From the NCBI GenBank assembly GCA_003559395.1, contig PWLL01000015.1, positions 1-6,053 on the forward strand: a stretch of DNA of 6,053 nucleotides, written 5' to 3'. Shown piece after piece: positions 1-5,173 of this stretch. The notes under the pieces were generated by a model. It made no database searches. It worked only from the letters and a program-made list of their open reading frames with translations, and was not told where the DNA came from. The first letter of the stretch is position 1. Every line of letters starts with the position of its first letter. This DNA is from Candidatus Iainarchaeum sp. Lineage in GTDB: Archaea; Iainarchaeota; Iainarchaeia; Iainarchaeales; CSSED10-239. The translations under genes and the position numbers were made by a program.

Positions 1-2
1 TT

Positions 3-344
3 TATAACAGCCTTAAAAAATACAATGAAAAAAGATTTGAAGGAACAGATTCTGAAAGAAAAGCAATAAAAAAAGAGCTAAAAGAAGTAATACATAAAGC
101 ATCTCCAAAAACAAGAGAAAAATATAAACAAAAAATAGAAAATTTAAAACAAGAATTTTTTGAAATTTATAGAAAATATCAAACAAAAACCCAACAGAAA
201 AAATTTGAAAAACTAGAAGATATAAAAAACAATACAGAAAAAATAAATCCAACACAGAAAAAAACAGATGTAATCTCAAACGGATTTGGTTCTTTTATTA
301 TGGAGCTAGACTTACAAAAACATACGTTTGAAAAAAAGATGTAA
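3..344 (+). CDS. Partial CDS (5' end outside window): C-terminal 113 aa of a K/E-rich, probably coiled-coil, hypothetical protein
   Basis: Hand translation of plus frame 3 is open from the window edge to TAA at 342-344 (...KKELKEVIHKASPKTREKYKQKIENLKQEFFEIYRKYQ...NGFGSFIMELDLQKHTFEKKM*). It has no in-window start, so it is absent from the ORF track. The plus strand here is A/purine-rich, as is the sense strand of every confident gene in the window. No family recognised. Confidence 0.45.
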   Translation, partial: YNSLKKYNEKRFEGTDSERKAIKKELKEVIHKASPKTREKYKQKIENLKQEFFEIYRKYQTKTQQKKFEKLEDIKNNTEKINPTQKKTDVISNGFGSFIMELDLQKHTFEKKM

Positions 345-394
345 ATATTATAAAAAAACCAAAATAAAATGATTTTTAAATATATTGTTTATAG

Positions 395-402
395 TATATA
401 TA
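395..402 (+). promoter_or_regulatory. Candidate archaeal TATA box (TATATATA) for the 429-842 gene
   Basis: TATATATA is centred about 30 nt upstream of the ATG at 429. No GGTGA-type SD lies between them, which fits a leaderless or very short-leader transcript. The AT-rich background makes chance TATA-like strings common. Confidence 0.25.
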
Positions 403-428
403 GAAAGAAACAAAAAATAAGATAAAAT

Positions 429-842
429 ATGTTTATAAAAAATAGTTTAAGCGATTATAAAAATATAAGAAACATAAATAAAGATTGTGAAGAACTACAC
501 CTTACAAGAGCACTTGCTAAAAAACACATAGAAAAGATTGTAGAAAAATGTCCTAGACTAAAAAAAATAAGTATCTCTCAATCTACAAAAAAAAGACTAA
601 GCAAAGATGCAAAAGAATTTCTTAGTAAAAAAAATGTTCTTTTACGTGTTAAAAAAGAACAAGGAAGACCCTTAGAAATAAAAGTTACTAAGCTAAGAAA
701 AATCATAGCCATGTATAAAGACCATTCCTATAGAGAACTTGAAGAAAAACTAAATCTTCCTAAAAGTACTATACACTATCTTATTAAATATTCAAAAAGA
801 AAAAAAATAAAAGATGGAAAAAAAATAATTTATTTAAAATAA
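429..842 (+). CDS. Hypothetical lysine-rich small protein (137 aa) with a C-terminal Hin/resolvase-like 'GRP arm + HTH' putative DNA-binding domain
   Basis: Clean ATG-to-TAA ORF on the A-rich sense strand. The C-terminal segment GRPLEIKVTKLRKIIAMYKDHSYRELEEKLNLPKSTIHYLIKY has the same layout as the Hin/resolvase DNA-binding domain: a GRP arm, then about 20 aa, then helix-turn-helix (...S.RELEEKLNLPKSTIHYLI). The N-terminal ~78 aa (motif CPRLKKISIS) is not recognised and has no serine-recombinase catalytic motifs. Confidence 0.65.
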   Translation: MFIKNSLSDYKNIRNINKDCEELHLTRALAKKHIEKIVEKCPRLKKISISQSTKKRLSKDAKEFLSKKNVLLRVKKEQGRPLEIKVTKLRKIIAMYKDHSYRELEEKLNLPKSTIHYLIKYSKRKKIKDGKKIIYLK

Positions 843-843
843 G

Positions 844-848
844 TTTTT
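844..848 (+). terminator. Oligo-T tract (T5) just downstream of the 429-842 stop codon; candidate archaeal intrinsic terminator
   Basis: TAAGTTTTTATGC follows the stop, and further T-runs occur at 864-867 and 894-899 on the plus strand. Archaeal termination commonly occurs at oligo-T. T-runs are frequent in this AT-rich sequence. Confidence 0.3.
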
Positions 849-897
849 ATGCAATTCCATCTGTGTTTTGTGTATCTTCTTCTTTAGTATCTCTTTT

Positions 898-1185
898 TTA
901 TAAAGAATTTACTTTAGAGACAATAGTATCTTCTTGCTTTTGAATCTGTTTAAGCTTAAGATCGATTGTTTCTTTTGTTTCTTTTGTTTCTGCAATTGCT
1001 TTTTCTTTATCAGACATAATAAAGATGTTACCTACACCTTTATAGACTCTTTTTTCTTGAGTATTTTCAAGCTCTTTTAATGTGTTTTCTAAAACATTGT
1101 TTTGAACTTGTAATTGTTGTTTTTGTTTAGACAAAAACATTAATTGTTGTCTGTATTTTTGTAAAGCATTTGTATCTTCACTCAT
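898..1185 (-). CDS. pfdB: Prefoldin beta subunit (95 aa, short form)
   Basis: Helix / beta-hairpin / helix layout, with the central motif RVYKGVGNIFIMSDKEKAIAE flanked by heptad-like Q/L/K/E-rich helices. It is the last gene of the superoperon, as in other archaea. GAGGTGG SD lies 4 nt upstream, and the start overlaps the preceding gene's stop as ATGA. Confidence 0.8.
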   Translation of the reverse strand: MSEDTNALQKYRQQLMFLSKQKQQLQVQNNVLENTLKELENTQEKRVYKGVGNIFIMSDKEKAIAETKETKETIDLKLKQIQKQEDTIVSKVNSL

Positions 1186-1427
1186 AATTCCACCTCGTAA
1201 ATTTTTTTTATTAATTCTAAAATATTTATGTAGTTGTTTATTGTTGCTTTAAAAGCAACTATGTCTTTTGAAAGAATGTTTATTTTCAATTTATTTTTAT
1301 CAACAACAACTTCTGATTCTGAACGAGAATATTCTCTTCTTTGCATCTCTAGGTCTAGTAGCTTCTTTAGGTTCTCTGGATCTTTTGTTTTTATTTGTAT
1401 GGTTGAGGACAAAATTTCATTAATCAT
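1182..1427 (-). CDS. pcc1: Pcc1-like KEOPS complex subunit (81 aa)
   Basis: Size and position (between Brix and prefoldin beta) match the Pcc1/CTAG family gene of the archaeal superoperon. The C-terminal segment KLKINILSKDIVAFKATINNYINILELIKKI matches the remembered Pcc1 pattern (l.i.i.A.D..alRa..NSyLrwi). The N-terminal strand SSTIQIKTKDPENLKKL is also consistent. Remote, motif-level call only. Confidence 0.65.
   Translation of the reverse strand: MINEILSSTIQIKTKDPENLKKLLDLEMQRREYSRSESEVVVDKNKLKINILSKDIVAFKATINNYINILELIKKIYEVEL
1190..1196 (-). promoter_or_regulatory. Shine-Dalgarno site (GAGGTGG) for pfdB
   Basis: The minus strand reads GAGGTGGAATTATG. The motif lies inside the 3' end of the upstream Pcc1-like gene. 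Confidence 0.55.
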
Positions 1428-1881
1428 ATTCTTTCTCTTTTAGTTTAAAAGAAAAACCAACTTCTTCTTCGTTATATTTAAAAGAAATCAGGTTTTTTTC
1501 TTTTATTATTTTTAATAAAGAATCTTTTTCATAACAACTATCTAAAAATGAAAATGTTTCTTTTGGTTTGTCTATGCTTGTTTGTGCTTTTAAAGAAAGA
1601 ACAGAAACTGTAAGCTTTGTTGTTAAAGGTTCTAGAACAAATTTTTCTTTTAAAAAAAACGACTTGTTTTTCTGTAAATATGCCTGTAAGATGATTTTGT
1701 TTTTTTTTGAAGAGCTTGTTTTTAAAAAATGAACGTGTCCTAAATATCGTGCGTCTTCAAATAAATTACCTAAATTGGTTTGGCCTCTAGGAACATAGGT
1801 TACATTTGGCAAAACAAAAGATAATTTTTTTGTAAAACTTTTTAAAGATGCGTCTGCTTTTCTTGAACAAGTAATATACAT
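1420..1881 (-). CDS. Brix-domain (Imp4-like) ribosome biogenesis protein (153 aa)
   Basis: The N-terminus MYITCSRKADASLKSFTKKLSFVLPNVTYVPRGQTNLGNLFEDA matches the archaeal Brix signature (iTTSRkPS...r.F.k.L...iPn..y..RGk.sl.el.e.A). It sits downstream of rpoP, as the Brix gene does in Methanothermobacter. Confidence 0.8.
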   Translation of the reverse strand: MYITCSRKADASLKSFTKKLSFVLPNVTYVPRGQTNLGNLFEDARYLGHVHFLKTSSSKKNKIILQAYLQKNKSFFLKEKFVLEPLTTKLTVSVLSLKAQTSIDKPKETFSFLDSCYEKDSLLKIIKEKNLISFKYNEEEVGFSFKLKEKEYD

Positions 1882-1894
1882 ATCAATACGTTTC

Positions 1895-2029
1895 TTAATC
1901 TGTTTTTACTTTTTTAGCAATTGGTGTTCTTTTCTTAGAAAAAACTTTGCCTCCACAACTCATACATTTTCTTCCTTCTGGATAGTCATCATATTCTTGT
2001 TTACAATTTATACAAATATACATAAACAT
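1895..2029 (-). CDS. rpoP: DNA-directed RNA polymerase subunit P (Rpo12/RpoP), 42-44 aa zinc ribbon; not in the supplied ORF track
   Basis: Hand translation of the minus strand gives (MF)MYICINCKQEYDDYPEGRKCMSCGGKVFSKKRTPIAKKVKTD*, with stop TAA at 1897-1895. It has two CxxC pairs 12 residues apart, followed by a basic tail, as in archaeal RpoP/eukaryotic Rpb12. It fills the otherwise empty 159-nt gap between rpl37ae and Brix, the canonical rpoP position. The start is ATG at 2029 or ATG at 2023. The latter has a GTGAT motif 4 nt upstream. Confidence 0.8.
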   Translation of the reverse strand: MFMYICINCKQEYDDYPEGRKCMSCGGKVFSKKRTPIAKKVKTD

Positions 2030-2040
2030 CACACAAATTT

Positions 2041-2268
2041 TTATTTTTCTCCGGTTTTATATTTATATGCTCCACCAGAAATCTTAGTATCACATTTTGA
2101 ACAATGATAGATGCCGGATGCAATTTTTTTTATTTTTTTGTTTTCTGCACCACATTTTGGACATATTTTTTTAGATTTGTCTTTTATTGCAAGAAGGAAT
2201 TTTTTTCTAATTCCTACTCCGCCTCTGACACCGTATTTTCCGGTCTCTTTTACTTTTTTAGTTGTCAT
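2041..2268 (-). CDS. rpl37ae: Large-subunit ribosomal protein L37Ae (eL43), 75 aa
   Basis: GKYGVRGGVGIRKK...CPKCG...GIYHCSKCDTKISGGAYKYKT matches the eL43 pattern (GKYGtRYGaslRK...C.fCG...GIW.C..C...vAGGAw). The C4 zinc ribbon is retained. The start overlaps the rrp42 stop as ATGA. Confidence 0.9.
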   Translation of the reverse strand: MTTKKVKETGKYGVRGGVGIRKKFLLAIKDKSKKICPKCGAENKKIKKIASGIYHCSKCDTKISGGAYKYKTGEK

Positions 2269-3074
2269 TTAAGATCACATATTTTTTTTTTAATTTGATC
2301 GTATTTTGAGATTGCAATCTCGCACATTTCATTTATTTGATCTAAAGAAAGTGTGCCTGTTTTTCCTTTTTGAAAAGAAATAATATTTTTATCACAAACA
2401 GCTACAGAAAATCTAGTATCTCCTGCAAACTCTTCACCAGCTGTTGGATCTAACAAAGTTTGCCCATCAATATTTTCAAAACTAACAGAAACTGGGATTT
2501 TTTTCATATCTATAGGTAATTTTTGATCTGTATATTCTCCGTAGATAATTTTATTATTTTCATCAATCTTTGGAATCTTTGCATCTAACAAGGCAGCCAT
2601 GCCTGCAATTGTTGCAGCGTCAATAAGATTTCCATCTGCGTTAGTAACATAACAATCAATGAAAATCATATACATTTTTTCTCCAGAAATAATACTTAGT
2701 TTTTTCATATCAATACATTCTGAAGATCTTATAGCTCTATCAGCAACACGTCCATACTCAACAGATTCTAAAGAAGGCGGACCTGTATAAAAATCAGGGC
2801 CAGAAATTGCACTTAGCTCAAGATTAAACATCATTGATCCTTCATCTGGACTGTCTGGATATGGTTCTCCAACATTTATCTTTACGCCAACAATAACTTC
2901 TGTATCTCCAAGCTTTACTTTTGCAGAACCGTCTGCAGAGCTTATAACTCCTTTTTCAATAGTTATTTCTCTAAAATCATTAAAATCTCTGTTATCTAAT
3001 CTCTTTGATGATTTAAGACTTTCTTTTACTTTTTGTGCTGCTAAAAGATTCATTGTTTCATTATCATTACTCAT
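2265..3074 (-). CDS. rrp42: Exosome complex component Rrp42 (RNase PH-like, non-catalytic ring subunit), 269 aa
   Basis: RNase PH-fold pattern (RLDNRDFNDFREITIEKGVISSADGSAKVKLGDTEVIVGVK...). Length is typical of Rrp42, and it lies immediately downstream of rrp41. AAGGTGA SD lies 5 nt upstream. Confidence 0.88.
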   Translation of the reverse strand: MSNDNETMNLLAAQKVKESLKSSKRLDNRDFNDFREITIEKGVISSADGSAKVKLGDTEVIVGVKINVGEPYPDSPDEGSMMFNLELSAISGPDFYTGPPSLESVEYGRVADRAIRSSECIDMKKLSIISGEKMYMIFIDCYVTNADGNLIDAATIAGMAALLDAKIPKIDENNKIIYGEYTDQKLPIDMKKIPVSVSFENIDGQTLLDPTAGEEFAGDTRFSVAVCDKNIISFQKGKTGTLSLDQINEMCEIAISKYDQIKKKICDLK

Positions 3075-3777
3075 TTATCTCACCTTCTAATGGATATTTT
3101 TCAATCAATGCTTTTTTTTGCATATCATAAACTGTTTCAATTCCTTTGACTGTGTTTTTAAGAATTTCTTTTGTTTCTTTAATATCAACAAAACCATCCA
3201 TCTGTAGCAAAGCAATTTCTTTTTGTGGCATCAACATAGCACATGCTAGGTCTACAGCATCTGGTGCATCTTCTTCTTGTTTATCTAAGTCTAAGACCAG
3301 TTGTTTGTTACTTCTTCCTCCAGCAACAGAACTGATTAAACCTTTCATAGGTAATCCTGCGTCTGCAGCAGCTAATGATGCAGCAGTAAGTGCAGCAACT
3401 CTTGTGCCTGCATCTGCAGTAAATATCAACGTATTTATTTCTATAACAGTGTTAGGAAATTGTTCAACCATTATGGCTGATTCTAAAGCATTTCCTGAAA
3501 CCAGAGAAATTTCTTTATCTCTTTTTCCTGGAACTGGGGATTTTCTTTCTGGAGTTGATATACATGCCATCCTATATTTGTAATCAATCACGGCTTTTGA
3601 TGGATTTGACAAATGTTTTGGAAACATTTGTTTTGGTCCATGAACGGTTGCTAAAACAACGTTTTTTCCCCAAGTTAACAAACAAGAGCCATCTGCATTT
3701 TTGTTAACTCCTAATTTTATTTCTATTGGTCGTAAATCGTTTGGCTTTCGACCATCGTGTCTTTTTTCTTCACTCAT
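3067..3777 (-). CDS. rrp41: Exosome complex exonuclease Rrp41 (phosphorolytic RNase PH-like catalytic subunit), 236 aa
   Basis: Near-collinear with remembered Sulfolobus Rrp41: DGRKPNDLRPIEIKLGVNKNADGS, HGPKQMFPKHLS, TPERKSPVPGKRDKEIS, ADAGTR...TAASLAAADAGLPM, LDLDKQEEDAPDAVDL. The phosphate-binding Arg positions (KR..E, AGTR) and the acidic ED/D catalytic positions appear conserved. Confidence 0.93.
   Translation of the reverse strand: MSEEKRHDGRKPNDLRPIEIKLGVNKNADGSCLLTWGKNVVLATVHGPKQMFPKHLSNPSKAVIDYKYRMACISTPERKSPVPGKRDKEISLVSGNALESAIMVEQFPNTVIEINTLIFTADAGTRVAALTAASLAAADAGLPMKGLISSVAGGRSNKQLVLDLDKQEEDAPDAVDLACAMLMPQKEIALLQMDGFVDIKETKEILKNTVKGIETVYDMQKKALIEKYPLEGEINE
3080..3086 (-). promoter_or_regulatory. 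Shine-Dalgarno site (AAGGTGA) for rrp42
   Basis: The minus strand reads AAGGTGAGATAAATG, inside the 3' end of rrp41. Confidence 0.55.
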
Positions 3778-3779
3778 AT

Positions 3780-4391
3780 TTATTTCCTCTTTATTTGTTT
3801 TTTAAGATAATCGTCTATAAAGTTTGTTAGATTTGATTTTTGTGAATTTTTTACAATCAAATCTATTGCTTTTTCTAAAACTAAAGGAGATTTAGAAAAA
3901 TACCATATCCATCCGTTTTTTCCAACAACAACATTAGATGCTGTGTTTTTTTTAAGAATATTTAACATTGAATCGTTTTTACCAATAATCCTTGGAATCT
4001 TTACAGAAGGTACATCAATTATTCTTCCTTTTGGTAAAAGATTAATGTTTTCAAGATCAATAAAATCAGAAATCTCTTTGATTCTTGCAAAAATAACATC
4101 TCCAACTTGTAATGATTTTTTTAACAAAGATTTTGGAAAAAAACAATCTAAGGCCATGTTTATATCTATTATATATCCATTAGACATCTCTAATTTTATA
4201 ATCCCAATCACTGCATCTCCGATTTGTGGGACATACGGGCCATTTAATGGAATAACTGATACATAATCATTTGATTCTGATAAAATACCCAACACAGAAC
4301 TATATACTTTATTTTCTTTTAAATAAACATTAGAGCCTAGTTTTTTTCGCTCATCTGTTAAAAAATCTCCAGGAACAACTATTTTCTTCAT
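3780..4391 (-). CDS. rrp4: Exosome complex RNA-binding cap subunit Rrp4 (N-terminal + S1 + KH domains), 203 aa
   Basis: N-terminal VVPGDFL motif. S1-like segment YVPQIGDAVIGIIKLEMSNGYIIDI. KH segment IPRIIGKNDSMLNILKKNTASNVVVGKNGWIW, which carries the GxNGxIW signature. It lies between SBDS and rrp41. Confidence 0.9.
   Translation of the reverse strand: MKKIVVPGDFLTDERKKLGSNVYLKENKVYSSVLGILSESNDYVSVIPLNGPYVPQIGDAVIGIIKLEMSNGYIIDINMALDCFFPKSLLKKSLQVGDVIFARIKEISDFIDLENINLLPKGRIIDVPSVKIPRIIGKNDSMLNILKKNTASNVVVGKNGWIWYFSKSPLVLEKAIDLIVKNSQKSNLTNFIDDYLKKQIKRK
3785..3790 (-). promoter_or_regulatory. Shine-Dalgarno site (AGAGGA) for rrp41
   Basis: The minus strand reads AAAGAGGAAATAAATATG, spanning the rrp4 stop codon. 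Confidence 0.45.
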
Positions 4392-4397
4392 AATAAA

Positions 4398-4403
4398 TCA
4401 CTC
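4398..4403 (-). promoter_or_regulatory. Shine-Dalgarno-like site (GAGTGA) for rrp4
   Basis: The minus strand reads AAAGAGTGATTTATTATG. The motif contains the SBDS stop codon TGA. Confidence 0.4.
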
Positions 4404-5084
4404 TTTTACAATCACTTCTCCGTGTGTTATGTTGTTTAGGTTATTAACAATTGAAGGTTTAACACCAACAGGCACATTTAAAGAAGCTACTAAGTTTCCT
4501 GACGGCAACCATTTTTCTTCCTTTATATCATATTTATGAATTATTCCTTGTGTCTTACCTACATATTTTGCAGGAATTTCAAAAGACAAAATAATTTTCT
4601 CTAAAGATATAGGTAAAACTTTTTGTAGTTTTAATATAACTTCATTTATTTCATCTTCTTTTTTTCTTGATAAACTAAACTTATATTTTAATTGTTCTAA
4701 AGCATTAATTATTCTTTGAGGAGGAATCGGTGTGTTTGATTGTGGATCGTGTGCGTTTTTTGCAATATAGTCTATGATTTCGTTTTTTCTTCTTTCAACC
4801 ATTTCGTTTTTTTGTGAGGTTGTAAGTTGCACATCTCCATCTAAGATTATCTTCTTTGCGACATCTTCAAAAAAGTCTGTTCCAAATTCTTGTTTTATTA
4901 TTTCTTGTGATGCTTCTTTTCCTTTTTTTGCATCTGAGTAGACTTCATCCATTGCAAACATATCATTAAAACCAACAGACTTTCCATGTTTATAATCCCA
5001 TGCAAGTCTTGGATCAACCCAAATCTCAAAATGATGTCCATTTTTATCTAGTCTTGCTAAAACTGCATCTTCTAATTTCACCAT
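4398..5084 (-). CDS. SBDS (Shwachman-Bodian-Diamond syndrome protein/Sdo1) family ribosome maturation protein, 228 aa
   Basis: Collinear with remembered archaeal SBDS (e.g. A. fulgidus): AVLARLDKNGHHFEIWVDPRLAWDYKHGK, EVYSDAKKGKEAS, FGTD...VAKKIILDGDVQLTTSQKNEM, DPQSNTPIPPQRI. It occupies the canonical position after psmA. Confidence 0.92.
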   Translation of the reverse strand: MVKLEDAVLARLDKNGHHFEIWVDPRLAWDYKHGKSVGFNDMFAMDEVYSDAKKGKEASQEIIKQEFGTDFFEDVAKKIILDGDVQLTTSQKNEMVERRKNEIIDYIAKNAHDPQSNTPIPPQRIINALEQLKYKFSLSRKKEDEINEVILKLQKVLPISLEKIILSFEIPAKYVGKTQGIIHKYDIKEEKWLPSGNLVASLNVPVGVKPSIVNNLNNITHGEVIVKE

Positions 5085-5090
5085 ATTTTT

Positions 5091-5096
5091 ATCACC
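5091..5096 (-). promoter_or_regulatory. Shine-Dalgarno site (GGTGAT) for SBDS
   Basis: The minus strand reads GATGGTGATAAAAATATG. Confidence 0.5.
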
Positions 5097-5135
5097 ATCA
5101 AATTATTTACTTTTATTTTCTTTTTTCTAAACATG

Positions 5136-5142
5136 TTTATAA
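5136..5142 (-). promoter_or_regulatory. Candidate internal TATA box (TTATAAA on minus strand) upstream of SBDS
   Basis: It lies in the 89-nt psmA-SBDS spacer, about 52 nt upstream of the SBDS ATG. That predicts a 5' UTR of roughly 25 nt containing the SD. AT-rich context, so weak. Confidence 0.25.
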
Positions 5143-5160
5143 GCCATTCACACAACAATC

Positions 5161-5166
5161 AAAAAA
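5161..5166 (-). terminator. Oligo-T tract (T6 on minus strand) 8-13 nt after the psmA stop; candidate partial terminator
   Basis: The minus strand reads TAAGTTGTAATTTTTTGATTG directly after psmA. Oligo-T tracts are the archaeal intrinsic termination signal. Confidence 0.3.
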
Positions 5167-5173
5167 TTACAAC

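Noticed and set aside
13-279. 88-aa minus-strand ORF made almost entirely of F/L/I/V/Y residues
   Set aside because: It is the antisense shadow of an A-rich, K/E-coding plus-strand frame. It has no start context or SD, and its composition is the complement of poly-purine codons. The plus-strand edge-truncated ORF is preferred.
560-825. Five A8 homopolymer runs within the 429-842 gene, considered as possible slippage or phase-variation tracts
   Set aside because: Runs of 7-8 A (or T on the plus strand) occur throughout the window, for example 2124-2131 in rpl37ae. They follow from AAA-Lys-rich coding in an AT-rich genome and are not specific to this gene.
429-842. The orphan HTH gene as a serine recombinase, IS or mobile-element remnant
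   Set aside because: There is no catalytic N-terminal domain (no YxRVS-type serine motif), no flanking inverted or direct repeats, and no integrase or transposase nearby. Only the DNA-binding-domain architecture resembles Hin.
967-991. Tandem 9-nt repeat (tgtttcttt x2 plus a 7/9 third copy) inside pfdB, encoding ETK-ETK
   Set aside because: It is an in-frame micro-duplication in a low-complexity coiled-coil segment. It is too short for a regulatory or CRISPR-like repeat and probably arose by replication slippage with no special function.
1234-1443. 69-aa plus-strand ORF (TTG start) antisense to the Pcc1-like and Brix genes
   Set aside because: It lies entirely inside confidently assigned minus-strand genes. 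It has an F/S/L-rich low-complexity product, a non-ATG start and no SD.
2104-2298. 64-aa plus-strand ORF antisense to rpl37ae and the end of rrp42
   Set aside because: Shadow ORF opposite a highly conserved ribosomal protein gene, with an F-rich product from poly-T runs.
3146-3583. 145-aa plus-strand ORF antisense to rrp41 with an S/A-rich product
   Set aside because: It is the longest antisense ORF, but it lies opposite the best-conserved gene in the window. The A/S-rich composition mirrors the antisense of the Ala-rich region (AASLAAADAG) of Rrp41. It has no SD or promoter signal.
3943-4266. 107-aa plus-strand ORF antisense to rrp4
   Set aside because: Shadow ORF within a conserved gene, with no recognisable motifs or start context.
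5081-5134. 18-codon minus-strand mini-ORF (MFRKKKIKVNNLMVIKIW) in the psmA-SBDS spacer that could be a uORF
   Set aside because: It has no SD, is very short in AT-rich sequence where such ORFs arise by chance, and would lie largely upstream of the predicted internal transcription start.
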